Assembly (NCBI RefSeq): GCF_011386835.1
Contig: NC_088810.1
Location: 19,654,001-19,718,000, forward strand
Reading direction: 5' to 3'
DNA: 64,000 nucleotides
Origin: Chrysemys picta bellii
Lineage: Eukaryota
Shown: positions 53,956-64,000 of the stretch, in pieces
How the letters are laid out: each line of letters opens with the position of its first letter
Numbering within the stretch: the stretch's first letter is position 1
Position numbers and translations under genes: made by a program
The notes under the pieces: model-generated
Told to the model about the DNA's origin: nothing
The model's input: the letters and a program-made list of their open reading frames with translations, nothing else
Database searches by the model: none

Positions 53956-54149
53956 ATCCTATCCTATCCTATCCTATCTCCTAGAGCTGGAAGGGACCTT
54001 GAAAGGTCATAGAGTCCAGCCCCCTGCCTTCACTAGCAGGACCAAGTACTGATTTTGCCCTAGATCCCTAAGTGGCCCCCTCAAGGATTGAACTCACAAC
54101 CCTGGGTTTAGCAGGCCAATGCTCAAACTACTGAGCTATCCCTCCCCCG
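53956..54149 (-). mobile_element. Full-length tortoise PolIII/SINE (tRNA-Lys-like head plus CR1 3' end)
   Basis: Minus strand: GGGAGGGATAGCTCAGTAGTTTGAGCATTGGCCTGCTAAACCCAGGGTTGTGAGTTCAATCC (A and B boxes), then CR1-like ...caaggtcccttccagctctagg and a (GATAG)n tail; 7-bp TSD cactgat. Confidence 0.88.
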
Positions 54150-56914
54150 CACTGATGCCTCATCAGTACCTAGCAAAAGCTTCCATGGCAAGAGAATTCA
54201 CGGTATTCTCTGTATAATTCGCTCCTTCTGCTTTGTATTCGGTGCTGGTAGTATTAATGTGAAACCAGGCTCTTGGCTGCTTTGTTCCTCACCCGAAGGC
54301 GCAGTCCTCTCCTTGTGGTATCCAGGCACATATTGCAGAGTGGATTACCATGCCTCCAATAGAGAATTTTGCCTTTGGTCAAGGCCTGAAGCAGCAGGAA
54401 CATACAAATAACCAGGAACAAAGATCTCATTCACGTGCAGCCATGGTTAGCAATGAAAGAGAGGGACAAAACTGTCTTTTAAATAGAACATTTTAAAGAC
54501 ACCCCTCTGCCCCCTCCCGGAACGGCAGCTTAAAATATCAGCTCCATCAGTTAATGTTTTTGAATTAGCAGTGTCTGATGGTTTACTTAGATTTGTACTG
54601 GAATTCTGTAGACGCGAGGTGCCTGTCTTCGATCAGAGAGGTAGATAGTGCAGTGCGTAGAGCACTAGCCCGGGACTCCGGGGGGCTAGATTCAGTTCTC
54701 TGCTCTGACACAGATGTCTTATGTGACCATGGGCCAATCACTTAGCCTCCCTGTGCCCCAGGTCCTCAGCAATACAATGGGGATGACAGCCCTGTCCTGC
54801 CTCCTTGAGTGTGGTGAGGATAAATATGTTAGAGTGTGAGGTGCTCAGATCGGTAATGGGGGCAGAAAAGCATCTGAGATAGTCGGGGCAGGGGTGTGTC
54901 TAGCAGTCTTTAACCAGGGACCAGCAAGCCTGTATGTTTCACAAATACAGTACTTGATACGTCTCCAACCTTGCCAGCTCCCTTGGATGAAGCTGGCTCA
55001 ATCCTTGTGTATGCAAGGCCTCGTGCGCAGCACATGCCAACCACAACCCCACCAAAATGCCTGTGTCCAGAGCCTGCTAGGAGAGAGACCACTTCTTCGA
55101 GTCAGAGGGTTTGAAAACTTGCTCTCTGGCTGTCATCATGGAATGAATGAATTGAGTAATTTGCTGAACCTGATTCTCATTGCCCTTCACACCACTCGGG
55201 CAGTGTTGTAAAGGGCCCTTACAGTGGGTGTCAATGGCCTACTTTAAGGTGCTTATACACAGCCGGAGCCCTGTAAAGGGGCCTTAAGGTTAAATGGGAA
55301 TCCAGCCCAGTGTCTGAGTGGCACCGAGCTCTGTCGTCTGCTGTCCAACATAACAAACTTGCTATCAATCCGTGAAGCTGTACTTCCATTGTGCTCAGGG
55401 CCACCCTGCTCTCTGGACTGCCGTGACTCTCAGCCAGCATAAAAGAGAAGGGTTTATTGTACGTCTGAACACAGCACAGGCCGTTCTCCGGGCCCTCAAG
55501 CCTAGAACGTCACAGCACAGTCCAAACTGAGTCTGTCTAGCAGGGGATGTGGAAAACTCCCAACGGGGGCAGTGAGTTATCAGGAACCGGGTTTAAGAGG
55601 GCTGAGGCTTTGTTCCGAGGCGGGGAAACTGAGGCACGGCCAACGAGGGATGGACCCCAAAACCAGCAGCTGAATTCCAGACCGAGCAGCAGAAGGATCC
55701 CTCCTTGAAGAAGCCGAGGGCCCTTGCGGGCCACAGTGTCGGAAGACCCTGTGAGCGGACTGCAGGAAAAGATCCCTGTGGGAGAAGGGGTCTGGTACCT
55801 GGAAAAGGGCACCCCGAGGGAAAATTGAACCTTGGGGAATCAAGAGCTAGTGGTCCTCCAGAAGTACCCCCAGCGGCTGTTGCACCTTATTAGACTCATC
55901 TCCCCCTTCATCGTTTGTCGCCTTAGTACAGCCTATAACAGCTCGATCCTTGACAATGGCCGAGCACTCCCAAATTGTGAAATCTGCAGGGGCTGCAGCT
56001 GCTCAGGACCTTTAAAAATTAGTCCATGAGGGTATGAAACCACCTTTGGAGGCAGCTGGTATCTCCATTTTTCATATGGGTAAACTGAGGCACAGAACGA
56101 TGATGCGACTTTCCCCAAAGTACCCAGCAAGGCAGTGGCAAAGTTGGGACTAGAACCTAGGAGTCCTGACTCCCTGCCCTTTACTTAAGCCACTAACTAA
56201 TCCTTGCTACCATCTGTGCATCCTGACAAAGATACTTTATCGAATGAGCGGTCAAATATCTAATGACCCATCGTTTGCAAAACCTAATTTCTCTGAACGG
56301 AACAGAGTGGTCATTTTAACAGATCAAAGTAGATCAAGCTTTGTTAGTTCGCAAGTCAAGCCGGTTCCTCCAATTGCTGGTGCCAGAGACTCCCAGTCGA
56401 GATGTGAAAACCCAGCTGTTTGGTCAGCTTCTGACCTAATCACTGCGGTAGTAGGTTCTTAGCTGATCATTTTGTTGGTGCTACATGAGTCAGAATGGAC
56501 TCCAGCTTGCTCTCCCGCAGCGCAGAAGGGAGATCTTTCTTTTCATCAGCGATGGGAACTCCATACGTTCAGGAAGCAGAGATCTGAGTAACTGGGGGCC
56601 ATTTTTATGTAGACCCCCTTTCAGCAGGAACTGCTCCTTAATTGTCTCATTTTTAACGCGTCATCTTTCTGTATTCTAGAACCCCAGCTGTTTACTTTAT
56701 CTCAGGGCTTCTCAACCTGGAGCTTGTGAGCAGATGTCAAGGGATTGTGGCCAGACTGCCCTTCCCTGGTGCTAAAAGGGATGGAATGGATGGATCCCAG
56801 TATGGAAAAGGTTGAGAACCACTGCCTGCCCTGGTGAAGAAAAACCCTGGCTGTGCACGTACATACACAAATATTCATTCACCCGGGTAACTTGGATTTT
56901 AGCTGCCTTGCACT

Positions 56915-57039
56915 TAGGGTGACCAGATGTCCTGATTTTATAGGGACAGTCCTGATATTTGGGTCTTTTTCTTATATAGACTTCTATTACCCCCCCACCC
57001 CCTGTCCTGATTTTTCATACTTGCTATCTGGTCAGTCTA
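56915..57039. mobile_element. hAT MITE (same family as 32551)
   Basis: TAGGGTGACCAGA...; perfect 8-bp TSD cttgcact. Confidence 0.85.
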
Positions 57040-57940
57040 CTTGCACTATGATAAGCTATACCAAGAGAAAACTGACGGCTTGTTAGCCAAACAAATAGCA
57101 AGGGGGTTATAAGAGGAACTGGGCTCCAGACTTTCAGTTGGGTCACAGCTCTGCCACCGCCTGCAAAATGAAGATGTTTTAAATTGTCCAGGTAAAATGT
57201 AAGTAGAGTTGTGTCTTTTCGGATATCTGCGACCCGTATGCATTATGCAGGTGCTAATCTCAGTCCGAGTACAGAGCCCGTAGACGATCACATATCAGTT
57301 AGAATAATTTAGCTGTTAAGTGCCATTGTTGCATATTGTTAGATGTCGCTCCTTGACCCTTCCCAAGGAGAGAGTAGATCGAACATAAATCAGTGAAATG
57401 GGTCGGGGTTATGCTAAGTAAAAATATCACTGTACATTGTTTTCAGCCTATTTATTAACACACGTTCTGCCTCTAGCAAACCCAGCCGCCAGCAGCTTCT
57501 TCATACGATGAACATGAAGGTTTTGACGTTTTAGAGCAATATTGTTACGTTTCTTGAAGCTTAAAATGAACAATAGACAGCCGCAGAGTGTCTCTAACAA
57601 TCACGTTGTCAGTTGGATGTAAATATGGTACAATTAACTTGTAAATAGTTTAAAGAGAGAGACAAGGTGGGAGAGGTGATATCTTTTATTGGACCAACTT
57701 TTGGTGAAAGAGACAAACTTTCCTGCTTACATCCAGCTCTTGCTCAGGTTTAAGGTGACACCGGGCAGTTTGCAAACTAATGAATTAAAAAGCAAAGCTG
57801 CTGCTCTTTTCCTGTCCTCTTGTGTCTCTTAATTTGCAACAGGTGTTTCTTTTGGGGAAGGCAGCATTCACATGGTAACTTACAAGGGCCAGGGGGATTG
57901 GAGCCATTACAGCGGAGTTCCAGTTGGGAGCGCGGTTTGG

Positions 57941-58457
57941 ACATAAGAACGGCCATACTGGGTCAGACCAAAGGTCCATCTAGCCCAGTATCCTGTCTTC
58001 TGACAGTGGCCAATGCCAGGTGCCCCAGAGAGAATGAACAGAACAGGGAATCATCAAGTGATCCATCCCCTGTCGTCCATTCCCAGCTTCTGGCAAACAG
58101 AGGCTAGGGACACCATCCCTGCCCATCCTGGCTAATAGCCATTGATAGACCTGTCCTCCATGAACTTATCTAGTTCTTTTTTTGAACCCTGTTAGAGTCT
58201 TGGCCTTCAGAACATCCTCTGGCAAAGAGTTCCACAGACTGACTCTGCGTTGTGTGAAGAAATACTTCCTTTTGTTTGTTTAAAACCTGCTGCCTATTCA
58301 TTTCATTTGGTGACCCCTAGTTCTTGTGTTATGAGAAGGAGTAAATAACACTTCCTTGTTTACTTTCTCCACATGATTTTATAGACCTCTGTCATATCCC
58401 CCCTTAGTCATCTTTTTTCCCAGGTGAAAAGTCCCAGTCTTACTAATCTCTCCTCAT
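57941..58457 (-). mobile_element. CR1 LINE 3' fragment (second subfamily)
   Basis: acataagaacggccatactgggtcagaccaaaggtcc... through gtcccagtcttactaatctctcctcat. Confidence 0.75.
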
Positions 58458-60395
58458 GCATACAGCTGAGTCCATTCCAAAGGCAAAACATTGGCTATTC
58501 ATAAATCGTATGTGAGCTATGGATAAAAGTCCTCCAATGGCAGAGATGATCAGACTTTGCACTTAAGTTGCAAAGCTGGTATGGTCCAGCAGATTTGCCA
58601 CTGGACTGGAGCTCATGAGAACTAGAGAGAGGAAAAGGAGGCAAAGAGAAGGGAAATGACTTGTTCACAACTGCAGCAAGTCAGTGGCAGAGCATACCCA
58701 GTGAGTAGGGCACTGGACTGGGCATGGCATTCACCACCTGTTGCCACTGTTCCTTAGAAAAGTCGCGTCTGATGTACTGTCTGCGAGGCTCAACTAATTC
58801 AGCAAAGGGGCATTTGGATTTTTGCTGGCATTTTTGAGGCGGCTTTGAGATAGGTGGCTCTGTGCAGTCATGCGGCCAGGGCCCTGCCTTCATAGGGGGG
58901 TGGATACCAGCCAGGAGTGGAAGGTTGGAGACTGGAGTTGTCCGGGTCCCACCAGGGCAGTGTTGGGCATGGAGTCCAACTTGCCACAATGATGACTGGA
59001 GCTCCAAGCTGCCGCACTGCATTCGGCAGGTGTAATATTTAGGACCTGGGTAGATATCCATGAGGTTGGAGCACCAGCACCGCACAAGTGGCCGGCAAGC
59101 TGAGAAGAGGTACGACTCTTGACTGGATTTTAATTCGTGTCTTCTCGATGTGTTGGCAAAAGGACCCAGAGCAGTCAAGCTTTATCCCCAGATACGTAGG
59201 TTACGGTTCAGAAACGATGGTGGATAGGCGAAGGGGCCCACAAAATAACAAACCCGTCTTCCCAGTGTCCCTCCAGGCATCACCCTGAATCTATTCCTAA
59301 TTAGGCTGTTTTGCAGACTTCCCGTAGCAGCGACGTCTCTGCAGATGACCTCCAAGAGAGATTTGACACGGGGGCGAGCGCTAACCGCCGGAACGCATCG
59401 AGTTCACATGAGCGTGTGTCAGGGCTCATCTCCCTTCTCAAACAAAGGCTCCGTAATCTGGCTGCTTTGTGCCATGTGGGAATGAAACCTATCCCTCCCC
59501 CCAACCTCATTGTGGGGTTCTCCCCATGGAAAAGGGGGGACTCTGACCCCAAATTCTACCCTGCTCTCCTGTATAGCTGAATATGCAGAGAAAATGTGAA
59601 TGAGCTCTTAGCTGGCTGCATATAAATCTAACCCCGTGTATCACTTCAGATGTATTTGACGCTCTGCTCTTTATTTCAACTTGAGGTTATGCATACAATA
59701 CAGCAGCACAGTTCTGGAGCTGCAGGGCTGCCTACGTTGACAGGATTTTTCCATCGGTGCAGGTAACCCGCCTCCCCAAGAGGCAGTAGATAGGTTAATG
59801 GAAGAATTCTTCCGTCAAACTAGCCGCATCTACACTGCGGATTAGGTCGACCTGACGACTTCGCACAGGGCATGACGTTTTTCCACAGCTGAGAGCTCCT
59901 TTTTTGTCATAAAGGGCAGCTTGTTCTGGGGAGGGAGGGGAGTGATACCAGGAGACGCAACCAACAAGCAGTTCTAAGCGTTAGCTTTACAAGTGCTTAG
60001 CAAGAGAAAAATTGCTCCTTCGGAAGGATGCTGCAAAGAAGGATAAGTGGGATGTTGCAGTATCTGGTTGGCTCCCACATTGGTTACGTGGGGGATGTGG
60101 GAAAGTGAAATTCTGTTTATAATAGTTGGGGGAACCGGATACAGAATTTGGAGTTGGCCCTTTACAGAGGGAGGAGCCGGTTCGGATCCGGCTCTGAACG
60201 CCACAAAATCAGGATGACGTCCAATCGTGCGCTCCGTTCCTAGTTCTAGAATCAAGACAAGAGCAAAAGCTCTTCTCTAGGGTTCGGGCTATGGAGGCTT
60301 TCGCTCCTTGGGGTTCTAAGAGCTTGGGTATACAAATACTTCGTTCATGGCCAGCAGGATGTAAATCTACCCCGTACTAGCCTGCTGCGCACTCA

Positions 60396-60673
60396 GGGTA
60401 CGTCTACATTGCAAGGGGAGGAGTGATAGTAGCACAGGTAGGCCTGCCCCAGCTTTAATGTAGCTAGCACCGGGTAACAATAGCGGTGTAGCACGTGGCA
60501 GCATGGGTTAGTCAGCCGACTACAAGCTCGCTGGCAAGCCTGGGTTTGTACATAGGTTTCTAGCCCCTGCTACCATGTTGACTACTGTTAGCCACACTAG
60601 CTGGATGAAAGTTGACACGGGTATGCCTAGGTATGCTGCAGTGACACCTCCCAGTTGCAATGCAGACATACCT
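60396..60673. mobile_element. Probable non-autonomous DNA transposon of the turtle GTCTACAC-end family (possibly PIF/Harbinger)
   Basis: Inverted ends gggtacgtctacattgcaa / ttgcaatgcagacatacct; related sequences near 14480-14900, 17580-17820 and 24200-24580. Superfamily not confirmed. Confidence 0.45.
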
Positions 60674-61041
60674 TATGTGTGGGGTATATTTACACAGTAG
60701 CTTTCTGTGACCGAAGTGTTCATAAAGAGAAATCCCCTCAGTGAAATTGTGCCAACCTCCCTTGGTTTTCATCTAGAAGCCACACATTGCTCCCTGGATC
60801 CATTTGGAGCTGGGCTTTGATGGGGGACGCAAGATTATCTCGTTGACAAAAGTTGAGTTTCAAGCTTAGTACCTCCTTGGGCACCAGGTTCGTTTCCCGT
60901 GATGCCGCGTTCCCCATTTGGGGCTTTCTTCTTGGAGAACTTGGTCCTGAAAAGTATCAGAGGGGTAGCCGTGTTAGTCTGAATCTGTAAAAAGCAACAG
61001 AGGGTCCTGTGGCACCTTTGAGACTAACAGAAGTACTGGGA

Positions 61042-61082
61042 GCATAAGCTTTCGTGGGTAAGAACCTCACTTCTTCAGATGC
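61042..61082 (-). ncRNA. Mirror copy of the hammerhead motif
   Basis: Exact reverse complement of 61759-61799 in the left arm. Confidence 0.7.
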
Positions 61083-61758
61083 AAGTAATGGAAATCTCTA
61101 GAGGCAGGTATATATCAGTGTGGAGATAACGAGGTTAGTTCAATCAGGGAGGGTGAGGTGCTCTGCTAGCAGTTGAGGTGTGAACACCAAGGGAGGAGAA
61201 ACTGTTTCTGTAGTTGGATAGCCATTCACAGTCTTTGTTTAATCCTGATCTGATGGTGTCAAATTTGCAAATGAACTGGAGCTCAGCAGTTTCTCTTTGG
61301 AGTCTGGTCCTGAAGTTTTTTTGCTGTAAGATGGCTACCTTTACATCTGCTATTGTGTGGCCAGGGAGGTTGAAGTGTTCTCCTACAGGTTTTTGTATAT
61401 TGCCATTCCTGATATCTGAAGTCAGATATCAGGAATGGCAATATACAAAAACCTGTAGGAGAACACTTCAACCTCCCTGGCCACACAATAGCAGATGTAA
61501 AGGTAGCCATCTTACAGCAAAAAAACTTCAGGACCAGACTCCAAAGAGAAACTGCTGAGCTCCAGTTCATTTGCAAATTTGACACCATCAGATCAGGATT
61601 AAACAAAGACTGTGAATGGCTATCCAACTACAGAAACAGTTTCTCCTCCCTTGGTGTTCACACCTCAACTGCTAGCAGAGCACCTCACCCTCCCTGATTG
61701 AACTAACCTCGTTATCTCCACACTGATATATACCTGCCTCTAGAGATTTCCATTACTT

Positions 61759-61799
61759 GCATCTGAAGAAGTGAGGTTCTTACCCACGAAAGCTTATGC
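61759..61799 (+). ncRNA. Minimal type I hammerhead ribozyme motif (Penelope-associated)
   Basis: GCAT-CTGAAGA-A-GTG[aggttcttacc]CAC-GAAA-GCTT-ATGC: conserved core, GCAT/ATGC stem I, palindromic AGCT stem III. Confidence 0.7.
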
Positions 61800-61887
61800 T
61801 CCCAGTACTTCTGTTAGTCTCAAAGGTGCCACAGGACCCTCTGTTGCTTGGTCCTGAAAGACTCTTGAGTCTGGCTGTTGGGTTCCA

Positions 61888-61916
61888 CCCCCCCCCCCCC
61901 CCCCCCCCCCCCCCCC
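61888..61916. repeat. Poly-C tract (about 29 nt)
   Basis: Read directly from the sequence. Confidence 0.9.
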
Positions 61917-62488
61917 GCCCAAGCTGTTTAAAATTATGAATGTGGCCCTGGGCTAATCTGATCCAGTCTATTAATCCTCGTTGAGGCTGGAATTCCGCTC
62001 GACAATCGATTAAAGCCATCAAAGGTGAAGGGGTGGAGACTTCTCCAACATAAAAGGTGCTCAGTGGAAACTTTTCCCCCGCTGGTTGGTTTCTAGGGAG
62101 AAGAGCAGCTTCATCGTACTGCAGGACAGCTGGTGCCAGCGTTCTCCATTCCCCCATACTTGCTGAGTGGGAAGCATGGCTTTAAAGAATGTAAGTAGAT
62201 TTCATCATATTCATTCTCTTACCCCGGCCCATCAGATTCGGGCAGGCACGCGGGAGGTCGTGCCGCATAGACAATACATTTCTGCCTCTGGTTATGTTAA
62301 ATAGAAAGATTGCATGGATGCTCCCCGTGGAATTATTATTTATTAGGTGTATTATGGGAGTACCCGGGAGCACCATGCATGGCCAAGACTCCGTTGTGCT
62401 AGGCGCTGTATACAAACAAAGCAAAAAGCGGCCCCCAAGTTCTGCAGAACAATTTGTTCAGAAGACTTCGGGCCAGAACTTCAGAGGG

Positions 62489-62494
62489 TATAAA
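62489..62494 (+). promoter_or_regulatory. Tentative TATA box for the downstream perilipin-family gene
   Basis: TATAAA 1.36 kb upstream of the PAT exon, with a possible donor CAG|GTTGAG at 62583/62584. Motif evidence only. Confidence 0.25.
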
Positions 62495-62713
62495 TGACAA
62501 CAGCTGAACTGGCTTCAATGGCGATCTGTCAGTGTACACCAGCTGAGGATCGTCTGTGTCTGGGGTGGGTGGGCGAAAACCAGGTTGAGATCATCCCGCC
62601 ATCTGTGTCCGTGTAACCGGAGCGTGGTCTGGTTCATGAGGGGTCACCTGCCGCCAGTCTGAACTGAATGCAAAGGAAGGACTGAGAACTTCAGGAAGAG
62701 AAACAGCAGGGGC

Positions 62714-62741
<28 letters not shown>
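62714..62741. repeat. (GT)n microsatellite
   Basis: Read directly from the sequence. Confidence 0.95.
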
Positions 62742-62744
<3 letters not shown>

Positions 62745-63853
62745 TGGGGGGAGAGAACCTTACCTTGAGGTGCACTTCAAACAGAGCAGCGCAAAGCTTT
62801 GGGGTGGGGGAGAAGACCCCCTGGCGCCCTTCACTGAGAGAGAAAATGGACAGCGAGTCGCCTTTCTGCAAAGGTGGTCACAACCAGGCGTGGTTGAAAA
62901 TGCCGAAGAGTACACTGGGCGAGAGGGCCTGCAGTGACCTGGAGGGTGCGGTGTGAGAGGGGCTGATGCACAGTAGGCCTGGATAAGACTGCTTCGCCGA
63001 AGGGCAGGTGGGGATGAGGCTCCGCGCAGCCCTGGCTACAAACAACAAAAAGAGCAAAAAATCTTGCGGAGCAGCAGGGGTTTGAGCAGGCTGGGGCGGC
63101 GACTGTGATTTTTATCTCCTTGCCCTAATAATCTGAGGTACTAAGTCAGTGGGAGTCTTTCCGGATTAAGGGCTTCGGGATTTGTCCGCAACGGAGGAGA
63201 AAGGAACCGGACAAACGCAGGCAGCAGCGAGGAAACCAGTGCAAAGAATGTATTCAACAATGGGTGTAATCCTGACGCAGTTGCTGGAGTGGGTGGCACA
63301 TGTAGGCATGGCTCTGCACCTACAAACGAGTCCCTCGGAGAGACTCAGACAAGGAAGAGGTTTAAAACCAAAACAAAATATTAACGTCGTGTTTCCCCCA
63401 AGATCTCGCTGCCTGTCCATTCAGTTAAATGGCATTTGTAGAGCATGTGGGTCCGTCCTAGAGACTTAGGTAGGAGGCAGAGGTCAATAAAGAACTGCAC
63501 CACAACTATCAACGCAGCATTTCATCCAGGATCTAACTGCCGATACGTTCAGCTAAATAGAACTTGTTAGACTGCCTGCAACCTCCCAATAATCTTACGT
63601 TGTACTAGGTGGGTGGGGAGGGAGACTGCACAGGGCTTTGAAAGGGAGGACAAGGGGTTTGTCCTTGATGCACTAGAAGCCAGTGAAGGGGTTCCAGGAT
63701 GGCAGGGTGACTTTAAGGGCTGCGCTTAGCAGGTGGCATCATGCAGTTGGGTAGCTGCTGTTCAGGCCTGAAGGCGACGGCACTGAAAATGCTTCTGTAA
63801 AGATGCTCGCCAGCAAGCCAGACTCACGCGAGTCCCATTTTCCTCCTCCCTAG

Positions 63854-64000
63854 GGCAACACCTTGGCGCGCATAGCCAGTATCCCTCTGTTCAACTCGGC
63901 TTATCAGATCGCTGTGTTCACCTACACGGACATAAAAGGTGTCCACCCCGTGGTGGGTTTCTTCTGCGGCGTGGCAGAGCGCAGCGTGAGCACCGCGGTG
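63854..64000 (+). CDS. Perilipin-family gene, PAT-domain exon (runs off the window end; candidate PLIN6 orthologue)
   Basis: Polypyrimidine acceptor cccattttcctcctccctag|GGC; 49 open codons GNTLARIASIPLFNSAYQIAVFTYTDIKGVHPVVGFFCGVAERSVSTAV match the perilipin N-terminal pattern R-x3-LP-L-x2-S-x-Y...Y-x3-K-x2-HP...C-x2-AE-x2-V; phase-0 entry. Confidence 0.8.

Larger units (their letters stand above)
60955..61849. mobile_element. Penelope-like element inverted insertion (858-bp palindrome) encoding the C-terminal half of a GIY-YIG endonuclease on both strands
   Basis: Arms 60992-61419 and 61422-61849. Frame 61422-61697 reads SDIRNGNIQKPVGEHFNLPGHTIADVKVAILQQKNFRTRLQRETAELQFICKFDTIRSGLNKDCEWLS...*. 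Duplicated flank cttggtcctgaaa at 60940-60952 and 61847-61859. Confidence 0.9.

Noticed and set aside
54070-54149. tRNA-like sequence as a tRNA gene
   Set aside because: It continues into a CR1-derived tail and is bounded by a TSD, so it is a SINE head.
60174-60226. Small hairpin GAGCCGG/CCGGCTC plus CRE-like TGACGTC and CCAAT
   Set aside because: Short motifs with no supporting context.
61214-61627. Near-identical 114-aa ORFs on opposite strands
   Set aside because: Mirror images created by the palindrome; the meaningful frame is the Penelope endonuclease fragment 61422-61697.
63182-63250. SATEEKGTGQTQAAARKPVQ, loosely like the PLIN3 N-terminus, as the perilipin first coding exon
   Set aside because: Starts at TTG, not ATG, with no good phase-0 donor after it. 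Other candidates (62518-62583, about 62890-62950) are equally unsupported, so the start exon is left unassigned.
52200-63800. Expected ITGA10 or ANKRD34A exons from human synteny
   Set aside because: No integrin signal-peptide/FG-GAP or ankyrin exons were recognised on either strand.

Overview
Vertebrate genomic DNA, almost certainly a turtle: it carries a tRNA-derived tortoise PolIII/SINE, turtle-type CR1 LINEs, Penelope-like elements and hAT MITEs. It is the orthologue of the human 1q21.1 region. I reconstructed four complete genes by hand from splice sites and phases: GNRHR2 (+, 3 coding exons, 2222-4989, intact, 423 aa), RBM8A/Y14 (-, 6 exons, 12411-7131, 174 aa), LIX1L (-, 6 exons, 36283-21829, 336 aa) and PEX11B (+, 4 exons, 40815-52111, 246 aa). 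The last 147 nt (63854-64000), missed by the ORF track, are a spliced exon encoding the N-terminal PAT domain of a perilipin, in tandem downstream of PEX11B. This mirrors the PEX11A->PLIN1 pair and makes it a candidate amniote orthologue of PLIN6, the carotenoid-droplet perilipin first described as teleost-specific. Other highlights: an 858-bp near-perfect palindrome made by a young Penelope-like element with hammerhead ribozyme motifs on both strands; a roughly 50-bp-periodic GC-box/CCAAT array upstream of LIX1L; GC-rich VNTRs in RBM8A intron 1 and the PEX11B leader; and an inversion of the LIX1L-RBM8A-GNRHR2 block relative to human. Most ORFs in the supplied track are non-coding artefacts. 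Comparisons with human proteins and exon sizes are from memory, not from a database search.
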